Made by a program: the position numbers and the translations under genes
IMG/VR virus record: IMGVR_UViG_3300028591_000072
Coordinates: 224,001 to 288,000 of that record
Origin: a virus
Lineage: Duplodnaviria > Caudoviricetes
Direction: 5' to 3' (one strand)
Length of the DNA: 64,000 nucleotides
Shown: positions 45,602 through 53,790 of the stretch, in pieces
How positions within the stretch are numbered: the first letter of the stretch is position 1
How the letters are laid out: every line of letters begins with the position of its first letter
Notes under the pieces: generated by a model
What the model was told of the DNA's origin: nothing
Database searches by the model: none
The model's input: only the letters and a program-made list of their open reading frames with translations

Positions 45602-45797
45602 CAAAATTTACAAATTTATTTGTTCTTTTAAAAAATAGTTTGTATATTTAAAATAAAGAAAGTAAAAATCCCACCAAGGGCGAAACAATTGGTGGTTAGT
45701 TCTATCCCGTTAGTAATCACGGTCACAAGGTAGGAGATAAAGAACTGTAAGAGGCTCAGAAGTCGGATGACAAGAAACGATAGTTCACTTTCTAAAT

Positions 45798-45871
45798 GGG
45801 CCCATGCCTTCAATTGGTACAGGACCGCCTTTGCACGGCGACATTTATCGGTTCGAATCCGATTGGGTCCA
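45798..45871 (+). tRNA. tRNA-Ala(TGC)
   Basis: CGCC-TTTGCAC-GGCG, G3-U70. Confidence 0.88.
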
Positions 45872-46042
45872 CATCTTTATTATTATTATAATATGAAGAT
45901 GGTAGCGCCACAACGTAACGTAATTGGTCCCTGATGTTCTTCAAACCAATTCCCTATCGTAGTTAGGGTAAAGTCTTTACACGAGTTTCTATAATACGAA
46001 AGCCAAAATGTACAGTTTATGTCGGAAGAAACTCTTTATAAT

Positions 46043-46167
46043 GCCAAGGTAGCTCAGTGGTTTAGAGCAATGGGAGTGTATAAATGATTTTTGATTAAAA
46101 ATCTAACAGCAACTTCCAAATACCTATGTAAACCCATTGGTCGGAGGTTCGAATCCTTCTCTTGGCT
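46043..46167 (+). tRNA. tRNA (GTA or TGT depending on junction) with a 51-nt ACAGCAA-module insertion (~46075-46125)
   Basis: GCCAAGG/TCTTGGC acceptor, ATGGG/CCCAT anticodon stem; insert contains GATTTTT-GATT-AAAAATC-TAACAGCAA. Confidence 0.7.
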
Positions 46168-46175
46168 CAAAAAAT

Positions 46176-46252
46176 GCATGTATGAAAGCAGACGGGATGT
46201 GCTTCTGTCGTAATTCGGACAGGATATGTTGGTTCGAATCCAACTGCATGCG
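46176..46252 (+). ncRNA. Atypical tRNA-like RNA with 8-nt anticodon loop
   Basis: GCATGTA/TGCATGC; CTGTC-GTAATTCG-GACAG; GTTGG-TTCGAAT-CCAAC. Confidence 0.55.
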
Positions 46253-46257
46253 CAATA

Positions 46258-46331
46258 GGAAAACATACAGCAAGTTTTATCAAATTCAAGTTACAATCTT
46301 TTAAATTGTGGGACTAAATTTTTTGTTTTCC
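46258..46331 (+). ncRNA. ACAGCAA-module RNA carrying a Lys(TTT) anticodon arm
   Basis: GGAAAACA/TGTTTTCC stem, TACAGCAA, ACAAT-CTTTTAA-ATTGT. Confidence 0.7.
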
Positions 46332-46337
46332 GTTTAT

Positions 46338-46419
46338 GGGGAAGTGGTGGAACTGGTAGACACGTATGCCCAAGGAGCATATGCCGAAAGGCGTGTGGGT
46401 TCAACTCCCACCTTCCCTA
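46338..46419 (+). tRNA. tRNA-Leu(AAG) with C33
   Basis: TATGC-CCAAGGA-GCATA, Leu-type D-loop and variable arm. Confidence 0.8.
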
Positions 46420-46427
46420 CTTAAAAT

Positions 46428-46498
46428 GCCTTGTTAGTTTAGTGGTAGAATGATACCCTCGTAAAGTATAGACGATGGTTCGATTCCATCACTTGGCT
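46428..46498 (+). tRNA. tRNA-Thr(CGT), two T-T mismatches in the acceptor
   Basis: CTCGTAA loop; GATGG-TTCGATT-CCATC. Confidence 0.75.
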
Positions 46499-46530
46499 CA
46501 ATATTTTTAAAAGAAAAAATTATATTAATT

Positions 46531-46770
46531 ATGAAGAAATTATTTTTAACAATTGCTTTTGTTTTTGCATTGCTTACGGGCTGTTTTGCACAAAGTGGTG
46601 ATGTATTATTCCAAAAAGAAACGGTTATTTATGAAAGTAATGAAAAGTTTGGTCCTGGACTTCCAGGACATGGACAAAGTGGTAATCAGTCAGCACCTAT
46701 TGGTGCCGGAACTGTCTTGCTGATTGGCTTTGGTGCTGCTTATGCAATGTACAAGAAAAACAAAAAGTAA
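46531..46770 (+). CDS. Small secreted protein with PID-CTERM-like sorting tail
   Basis: Signal peptide; C-terminal APIGAG + hydrophobic helix + KKNKK. Confidence 0.65.
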   Translation: MKKLFLTIAFVFALLTGCFAQSGDVLFQKETVIYESNEKFGPGLPGHGQSGNQSAPIGAGTVLLIGFGAAYAMYKKNKK

Positions 46771-47063
46771 AAAAACTCAATACTAACGAGTATAAAGACA
46801 GGCGTACAGCCAGAGGCGTAAACGGTAGCAGTAAGTGCTAAACTGTTAAAATAAAGGCAATAAGGGAGAGGTAACGTTACTCCTTAAAACTAGCGAATTT
46901 CAAGTAGATTCATGGATTATCGAAAGGCTTTAGAAATGTTAAGGAAAAAGACCTTATGCCAGCGAATGAGAACCACATCGGTTATGTGGCGCACGATGAA
47001 ACGTGTGGGCTGAAAAAGTGCCAGGGTTCAACTCCACTTGTCATTTTAGGAAATCCATTTTAC

Positions 47064-47138
47064 GGTGTATATAGTGTCAGTGGTCTAGCACGGTAGATTG
47101 TGATTCTACAAGCCTCAGTTCGAACCTGAGTATACACC
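47064..47138 (+). tRNA. tRNA-His(GTG)
   Basis: G-1/C73; GTAGA-TTGTGAT-TCTAC. Confidence 0.92.
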
Positions 47139-47196
47139 CGCTAATTTCGACTTTACTTTTTCACCCTTTTTACTATTTATGTATAAAAGTGGTTTT

Positions 47197-47871
47197 ATGA
47201 AAGAAAAAGAAATAGATAAAATAAGCGTGGAACAAATAAACGAAGCTTTTGAAAAGTGTGGTAATCTTAAAGAAGTTGTTTTTTATTTTGGAAAAAAATA
47301 CAATGGCGGAAGTCAACGATTTGTATATGCTTTAATGGAAAAAGCCGGAATAAAGTATTCTGATTTTTTCAAAAAAGGGAAAGAGTATTATAAAAAAAAT
47401 GTAAAGTATTGTGAAAATTGTGGAAAAGAATTGCCATATGAAAAAAGGAATAATAAATTTTGTTCTTCTTCTTGTGCAGCATCTAAAAACAATCTTGGGG
47501 TAAGAAGAAACTTTAATCCAAATAAACCAATAATACAAACAAAAGAAGAAAAAGAAAGACTGAAGTTGGAAAGATGGAAGAATGGAGAAAATTTTTTAGT
47601 TGGCTCTTGTGAAATACCAGTTTTTATAAGAAGATATTTGTTCAGTAAAAACGAATGTAAATGTGAGCGATGTGGGTGGGGTGAAATAAATGAGGACACA
47701 GGAAAAATTCCGTTGCAAATACATCACATAGATGGTGATTGCACAAACAACAAAGAAGAAAATTTACAACTACTTTGTCCAAATTGTCATAGTTTGACTA
47801 ACACATTTGGTTCGTTGAACAAAAAGTCAAAAAGATTCCATAGAAAAAAGAAAACTTTAAAAGATATATAG
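47197..47871 (+). CDS. HNH endonuclease
   Basis: CERCG..LQIHHIDGD..NN...NLQLLCPNCH. Confidence 0.9.
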   Translation: MKEKEIDKISVEQINEAFEKCGNLKEVVFYFGKKYNGGSQRFVYALMEKAGIKYSDFFKKGKEYYKKNVKYCENCGKELPYEKRNNKFCSSSCAASKNNLGVRRNFNPNKPIIQTKEEKERLKLERWKNGENFLVGSCEIPVFIRRYLFSKNECKCERCGWGEINEDTGKIPLQIHHIDGDCTNNKEENLQLLCPNCHSLTNTFGSLNKKSKRFHRKKKTLKDI

Positions 47872-48103
47872 CAAGTACAGACCACTTAGTAGCGTCCAGG
47901 GTAAGTCATAGAAGTATCAGCTGTATGTCTATGGCGTAGTCACGGGATTCAAAGCAATCTCACAGCCTGGTGAACGGTGTCAGTTACCGTGAGGTGCTGT
48001 AAGGTGCAACGCAACAGAAGAATAAAATCTAAAATAGATAATGCAATCCTCGTTTAGCCGAGGTTTCTTTAGTCCGTAGCTCGTAAATTTACTTGCTTTT
48101 TAT

Positions 48104-48189
48104 GGAGGGATACCCAAGTTGGTGAAGGGGACAGATTGCTAATCTGTTAGGCCTTTATAGGCGCATGGGTTCGAGTCCCATTCCCTCCG
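48104..48189 (+). tRNA. tRNA-Ser(GCT)
   Basis: ACAGA-TTGCTAA-TCTGT, long variable arm. Confidence 0.92.
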
Positions 48190-48363
48190 CAATAATAAAT
48201 GAGAGGTGATTTACGGATTGTACAACCGTAATGATGGCCAGTGGGAAAACGGTTACTGCAAATACTAACAATTGCGGGAGTGTAGCAAAGGAATATGGGT
48301 GTTAGTGAAACCCATATGTGTATCATTTATTTATTTTTCAGATTTTGCAATGTGTTGTTAATA

Positions 48364-48393
48364 AAAAAAGCCCCTAATAATCGGGGCTTTTTT
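48364..48393 (+). terminator. Intrinsic terminator ending the RNA island
   Basis: aaaaaagcccc-taataatc-ggggcttttt. Confidence 0.75.
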
Positions 48394-48457
48394 ATAATAA
48401 ATAGTTGTTTGTTTGGTATATTTTTTGTATAGTAATAATACTAATTTCCAAAAATAA

Positions 48458-49393
48458 ATGTCAAATAATAAATTAAAGCAGCGTTTTGTAAAAGATTACA
48501 ATCTTCCAATCAATGTGTTTGATGAAGAATTGTTTAATTATTATATGAATTTGTATCATTTTTTTCCTAAGGAAAAGTGGGAAAATTTGAAAAAAGACAT
48601 ACAAGACAAATATCGTGGGAATGTTGAAGTATGGCTTGAGTATTGCGCTGAAGTTAGGGATAAGGCCATTAATGGCGTTATGGAAACTCAAGAATATAAA
48701 GAGTTCAACAACAGTGATTTATCAAAATATAAATTAACGAAAAATATTGGAGAGCATAGTTATTATACCAATGAAACAAATGGGTGCAGGTTTGTGTCAA
48801 TTGATTTGAAGAAGGCAAATTTCCAAGCCCTTAAATACGTTGGTGTTATCGGCGATAAGACATATGGTGATTTTATTGAGCGTTTTGATGGAAGCGATTA
48901 CATTAAAGACAGCAAATATTTGAGACAGGTGATTTTTGGTAAGATGAATCCTGGCAGAATTATTACCATAGAAAAATATATTATGGAAAAAATAATGTCA
49001 ATTGCCGATGAGGTTTTACCTCCTGAGTTTAAATTATATTCTCAAAACAGCGATGAACTTGTATATAAACAGACAGGAAGTTTTTATGGTGACATAAGAA
49101 TTATATGCGCTGTTATTGAAAAAATGGTTCTTGATAATTTTGGTGTTGAGGTACGTGCTGAATATGTTGAGGTTACAAAACTTCCAATTGTTAATTGCAA
49201 TGGTAATAATGTTGATGCTTTTGTCCGTAAGAACATTAATACGGGAGAAGAGGTTCTGAAAAAGGCATCAACAACATTTTATCCGCAGATTTACAAATTA
49301 TGGAAAGGAATGGAAATTGAAGATAGAGACCTTGTTTTCTATTTCGAGGACCAATTATGTAGATTTAATAATCCTTTAAAATTGATTGAATAA
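48458..49393 (+). CDS. Hypothetical protein with polymerase-palm-like motifs
   Basis: FVSIDLKKANF and NSDELVY. Confidence 0.5.
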   Translation: MSNNKLKQRFVKDYNLPINVFDEELFNYYMNLYHFFPKEKWENLKKDIQDKYRGNVEVWLEYCAEVRDKAINGVMETQEYKEFNNSDLSKYKLTKNIGEHSYYTNETNGCRFVSIDLKKANFQALKYVGVIGDKTYGDFIERFDGSDYIKDSKYLRQVIFGKMNPGRIITIEKYIMEKIMSIADEVLPPEFKLYSQNSDELVYKQTGSFYGDIRIICAVIEKMVLDNFGVEVRAEYVEVTKLPIVNCNGNNVDAFVRKNINTGEEVLKKASTTFYPQIYKLWKGMEIEDRDLVFYFEDQLCRFNNPLKLIE

Positions 49394-50124
49394 TGAAAAT
49401 AATTGCGAGTAGTGACTTTCATGGGCGTATGCCTGAAATAAAAGAGCCTTTTGACTTATTTTTGATATGTGGGGATATTTGTCCTGTGGAATGCCACGGA
49501 AAAAAATTCCAAGAAGATTGGCTTCAAAATGATTTTATTGAATGGGTTAATGGATTACCGTTTAAGACACCTTGGAGCAAAGTTGTTATGACTTGGGGAA
49601 ATCATGATTTTTATGGCGAAAAATGTTCTGAAGATGATATGTTTATGCTTGAAAGACTAACAAATTTCAGGCTTAGAATATTGAGGCATAATTCATATGA
49701 ATTTGAGTTTCCTGTTAGTGATGGCATTGATTCTTTGAAAATTTTCGGAACGCCTTATTGCGGACAATTCGGAAGATGGGCATTTATGGATGATGATGAG
49801 ACACTTCGTCACCTTTTTACTGAAATACCAGATGATACTGATATTTTAATTAGTCACGATAGTCCAAACGTTTATGGGCTTGGAGATATTACACAAGGAT
49901 ATTGGAAACAATCAGGAACAGGAAACAGGGTTCTTTATGACCATGTATTGAGAGTGCGCCCTAAATTGTTTGTGTGTGGACATTTTCATAGTGGAAACCA
50001 TCAATTGCAAAACATTGATGGAATATATATGGCAAATGTTTCATATATTAACGAAGATTATGAGCCATTTTGGGATGTTTTAACTATTTATTATGATGAA
50101 GAAGCAAGAAAAATAATTGAATAA
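49393..50124 (+). CDS. Calcineurin-like metallophosphoesterase
   Basis: SDFHG, CGDI, GNHD, SHDSP, GHFH. Confidence 0.9.
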   Translation: MKIIASSDFHGRMPEIKEPFDLFLICGDICPVECHGKKFQEDWLQNDFIEWVNGLPFKTPWSKVVMTWGNHDFYGEKCSEDDMFMLERLTNFRLRILRHNSYEFEFPVSDGIDSLKIFGTPYCGQFGRWAFMDDDETLRHLFTEIPDDTDILISHDSPNVYGLGDITQGYWKQSGTGNRVLYDHVLRVRPKLFVCGHFHSGNHQLQNIDGIYMANVSYINEDYEPFWDVLTIYYDEEARKIIE

Positions 50125-50134
50125 AAAGAATAAT

Positions 50135-51262
50135 ATGGGAAAAGATTTTTTACTTGAAGTCAAGTCATTAATTAATAGAATTGAAAATACAGAAACAATA
50201 AACGAAACAAAAGTTGGATTCAGGTTTATAGACAAAGCTGAAAATCTTCCTGATTTACTTGCCGGTCTAAAACCAGGCAAAATGTTCACTTTTGGATACG
50301 TTAATGTGGCCCAAATTGTTGTACCAACAGTAAAAAGAAGAAATCCTGAAACAAATAGGATGAAATCATATGAAGATTACGCCCAACTTGGCAAAAATTT
50401 GGGAGAAGAAGGCGAAGTGGTAAATGTAATTAAATTATCAATGTATAATTTCCCATGGCAGGAACAAAACCGTGTAAAACAAAGATATTCAGATTGGAGG
50501 ACTAAAAGGGATGAACTTGCAGGAAGATTTGGCGTTACATATGGAAAAGCAAGATATGGAACTGAAATGAATAATTTCGGTGGTGGTATAGAAAGTTACA
50601 AAGGAAATAATCCAGAACTTTCAGACCACACATATTTGAATTTCAATCTTCATAACATACGCCCATTTAATACTGCCTATTATTTGCTTTTTGATGATGG
50701 TACAATTAAGCAAGTTGATGAAAAGAAATTGGAATTTAAAGCAAAAAATTCTTATGATGAACTTCAAAAATTAAGAGATGCCGGAGCAACAGAAGCGGAT
50801 TTGGTATGCCTTATTGGTATGAATTATCATAAATTTGAAAATTCAAAGATTTTGTTCGTATCAGGAACTGAAATGGATGGTGTCCCAACACTTTTAATTA
50901 ATGACAATTTATCTGATAAAATAAGCGGAATAGCTGGTGTAAATCGTGATGCAATTGTTCAAATTGCCAAAGATAGATATTCAAAAGTGCTTAATGTTCA
51001 AGAGGGAAAAGACATTATTTTCAATGAATTAATAAATGAAAACGAAGAATTTATTCCTCAAGGATATAAAGCAGATAGTAATTTTGGGGGAAAAGAAATT
51101 CAAATAAGCAATAGTGGCGATGCTGCAAGAATTAGAACAAATTATAGCGGACAGCCAGATGAGCCTTCTGAATGGATGGAAATACAATTCGATGATGAAG
51201 GCGTTGCATATGTGGATACGCCAAACGGTATTGAGAAGTTATCTGATTATATGAAATATTAA
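50135..51262 (+). CDS. Putative internal head protein
   Basis: LLE, INE, VQE, LINE motifs delimiting domains. Confidence 0.45.
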   Translation: MGKDFLLEVKSLINRIENTETINETKVGFRFIDKAENLPDLLAGLKPGKMFTFGYVNVAQIVVPTVKRRNPETNRMKSYEDYAQLGKNLGEEGEVVNVIKLSMYNFPWQEQNRVKQRYSDWRTKRDELAGRFGVTYGKARYGTEMNNFGGGIESYKGNNPELSDHTYLNFNLHNIRPFNTAYYLLFDDGTIKQVDEKKLEFKAKNSYDELQKLRDAGATEADLVCLIGMNYHKFENSKILFVSGTEMDGVPTLLINDNLSDKISGIAGVNRDAIVQIAKDRYSKVLNVQEGKDIIFNELINENEEFIPQGYKADSNFGGKEIQISNSGDAARIRTNYSGQPDEPSEWMEIQFDDEGVAYVDTPNGIEKLSDYMKY

Positions 51263-51363
51263 AGTGAATTATATGTAAGTTATCATAAAGTCAGTCAGAA
51301 ATGGCTGACTTTTTTTTGGTTTTTATTTTTATTTTTGTATATTAATTAAAAATTTAAGTTTTT

Positions 51364-52236
51364 ATGATTAGTAAAGAAGATAGATTAAAGTTGTTTGTCA
51401 ATGAACTTGACGATATTACCGAAGAAAATTTAAGGAAATTTGCTGAAGAGCTTATTTCCAATGCAGATGAATACTTTTTCACTGTTGCTGCTTCAACAAG
51501 CGGTAAATACCATCCACAGTTTGACCTTGGCGAAGGTGGGCTTGTAAGGCACACAAGGTGTGTTGTGTTTTTTGCTGAGTGCGAATCAATTTCAAGAATG
51601 TTTACTGACCACGAAAAGAATCTTATGATTGTTGCGGCCATAGCACATGACATAAAGAAATTGGGTGATGGAAAGGGAAAACATACGGTTGATGACCATC
51701 CAAGATTTGCGGCTGAATACATTAACGACACAAATAAGAGAACTGAGTTGTTAAGCGCAGATGATGAGAATATTTTGGCTAATATGGTATTATCACATAT
51801 GGGTAAATGGGGGCATGAAAAGATTGCTGATTTACCATTGCCAAAGACAGAATTGGAAAAGGCATTACAAGCGGCAGACTATATTGCAAGCAGAAAAGAA
51901 CTTCTTGGGTTTGATTTTAGACCGACAGAAAAAGTTGATATTAAAATTGACCCCGTTAAGCCTTGTGATTTTGTCGTTGGCTTCGGAAAACATTCCGGAA
52001 AAACAATAAAGCAAATATATGAAGAAGGTAAAAAAGGTGACACATATCTTCATTGGATGATGAAGCAGGAAGAGTTCAATAACCAAGAAGCACGATTAAA
52101 CGGAATGCTTTATCTTTATGAACTTGGAGAGTTGCCAAAGCAATATGAAAAGGAAATAAGCAATGAGCCACAAAAAGAAGAAACAACTATTGTTGAACAA
52201 AATCAATCAGCGCCTGAAGATGATTTACCATTTTAA
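51364..52236 (+). CDS. HD-domain phosphohydrolase with C-terminal FGKH motif domain
   Basis: ASTSGKYHP, GGLVRHT, AHD, SHMGKW, ADY; FGKHSGKTI..YLHW. Confidence 0.85.
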   Translation: MISKEDRLKLFVNELDDITEENLRKFAEELISNADEYFFTVAASTSGKYHPQFDLGEGGLVRHTRCVVFFAECESISRMFTDHEKNLMIVAAIAHDIKKLGDGKGKHTVDDHPRFAAEYINDTNKRTELLSADDENILANMVLSHMGKWGHEKIADLPLPKTELEKALQAADYIASRKELLGFDFRPTEKVDIKIDPVKPCDFVVGFGKHSGKTIKQIYEEGKKGDTYLHWMMKQEEFNNQEARLNGMLYLYELGELPKQYEKEISNEPQKEETTIVEQNQSAPEDDLPF

Positions 52237-52266
52237 TACTATTTAATAATCTAAAATGGTTTAATT

Positions 52267-52449
52267 ATGAAAATAGCAAAGATTACTGTCTTTGATGACG
52301 GAAAAAGTGTAGTTACACTAAAAGATGGGTTGTTTGAAGAGTGGTACTGGGGTGATGAATTTGTTGACGAAGCAAAAGCAAAAGACTACACTAAATCGCT
52401 CAAATGTACATTTACTCTTGTAGAACACGAACACGAAAATAAAAGTTGA
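52267..52449 (+). CDS. Small hypothetical protein
   Basis: 60-aa ORF. Confidence 0.5.
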   Translation: MKIAKITVFDDGKSVVTLKDGLFEEWYWGDEFVDEAKAKDYTKSLKCTFTLVEHEHENKS

Positions 52450-52550
52450 AATTAATTTGTAGATTTCAACTTTTTTTGTATATTTGTAATAGTTTGGCAT
52501 GATATTTGATAGTGGTATGGTACAACATTAAAATTTAATTAAATATTAAA

Positions 52551-52886
52551 ATGACGCACGAAGAATTGAAAAAGGCCGTTAATGACGTTAACGAGTATTA
52601 CAGAAAACAAATCGAAGAACTTGAAAGCAAAAAGAAGTCATTTGTTCAACAGCTAATGAATGATTGGGCCAATGAAAACTCAGAATTTAAAGTTGGTAAC
52701 ATCATCGAATCAAATATGAATGTCATTAAAGTCACAAAAATCACTGGTGAATATTCAAAATATGATTCATATTTTTATCCTGTTTACCATGGAATTATGC
52801 TGACAAAGCAATTTAAGCCAAGAAAAGACGGTTCCACTTTTACAATTTATGGCAATAAAGGAAGAGTAATAACTAAACTTAAATAA
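52551..52886 (+). CDS. Hypothetical protein
   Basis: Downstream of host-type and sigma54-type promoters. Confidence 0.65.
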   Translation: MTHEELKKAVNDVNEYYRKQIEELESKKKSFVQQLMNDWANENSEFKVGNIIESNMNVIKVTKITGEYSKYDSYFYPVYHGIMLTKQFKPRKDGSTFTIYGNKGRVITKLK

Positions 52887-52890
52887 AGAA

Positions 52891-53514
52891 ATGACAACGA
52901 ATAACATTTTTATTTTATTATTAATTCTTGGAATTCTATTCTTGTGTGTTGCAATTTCAAAATTATTAAAAAGAAAAAATTGCAATCATTCTACAGGGAA
53001 GATGCATAATTTTCCTGTAAATGTAGATGGCAAGGAATATTGGATTAGTCGTTCCAATGCTGTTGTTGGTATTGTTTTCAAATGGGAAAATGGCCAATAT
53101 CACATTCTTGCTAACAAGAGAGGTAAGGGATGTCCTGATTATGTTGGTAAGTGGAACATAACATGTGGATATGTTGATTATGATGAAAGCATTTTTGATG
53201 CTGTTTCAAGAGAAATATTTGAAGAAACAGGACTTTTAGTTCCTAAAAAAGATTGGAAATTATGGGTTGTAAACAGTGACCCTTCCGATGAAAAGCAGAC
53301 AATATCTTTCAGATTTTATACCATTTATTGGAATGGATATGGAAATCTCACATCAGAAAATTCAGAGCCTAATGAGGTTGATGAAATCAAGTGGATTCCA
53401 TTTAGCAAAGTAGAAAACTATGAATGGGCATTTAATCAATTGCAAGTTATTAAGGATTTCATTGAAGAAGTGGAATCTGGAGAATTATCTAATGAAAAAG
53501 TAAAAGTGTATTAA
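52891..53514 (+). CDS. NUDIX hydrolase with N-terminal TM segment
   Basis: GYVDYDES..DAVSREIFEETGL Nudix box. Confidence 0.9.
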   Translation: MTTNNIFILLLILGILFLCVAISKLLKRKNCNHSTGKMHNFPVNVDGKEYWISRSNAVVGIVFKWENGQYHILANKRGKGCPDYVGKWNITCGYVDYDESIFDAVSREIFEETGLLVPKKDWKLWVVNSDPSDEKQTISFRFYTIYWNGYGNLTSENSEPNEVDEIKWIPFSKVENYEWAFNQLQVIKDFIEEVESGELSNEKVKVY

Positions 53515-53516
53515 AT

Positions 53517-53717
53517 ATGAACATTGAAGAATTTAAAAACTTTGTAAAAAAAGAGAATCCTTTTAAATTGGATAGCATTGATATGGAACACGGCAGAATG
53601 ACAATCCATAGATGTAACATTAACAAGTATTTAGAACAATACGCTTGTAAGAACGAAGAGGATTTAAATGACACGCTATGGTATTCTTATGGCTGTTTGG
53701 TAACAGTTATTGATTAA
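53517..53717 (+). CDS. Small hypothetical protein
   Basis: 66-aa ORF in operon. Confidence 0.55.
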   Translation: MNIEEFKNFVKKENPFKLDSIDMEHGRMTIHRCNINKYLEQYACKNEEDLNDTLWYSYGCLVTVID

Positions 53718-53790
53718 TTTTTTTTGGAAATTGAAAAATAATTTGTATATTAATTGAAAAACTTATAAATTAACTTTAAAAAAATAATTT

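Noticed and set aside
38042-46266. Short minus-strand ORFs across the RNA island
   Set aside because: They are antisense to tRNA and tmRNA genes and have no protein-like features.
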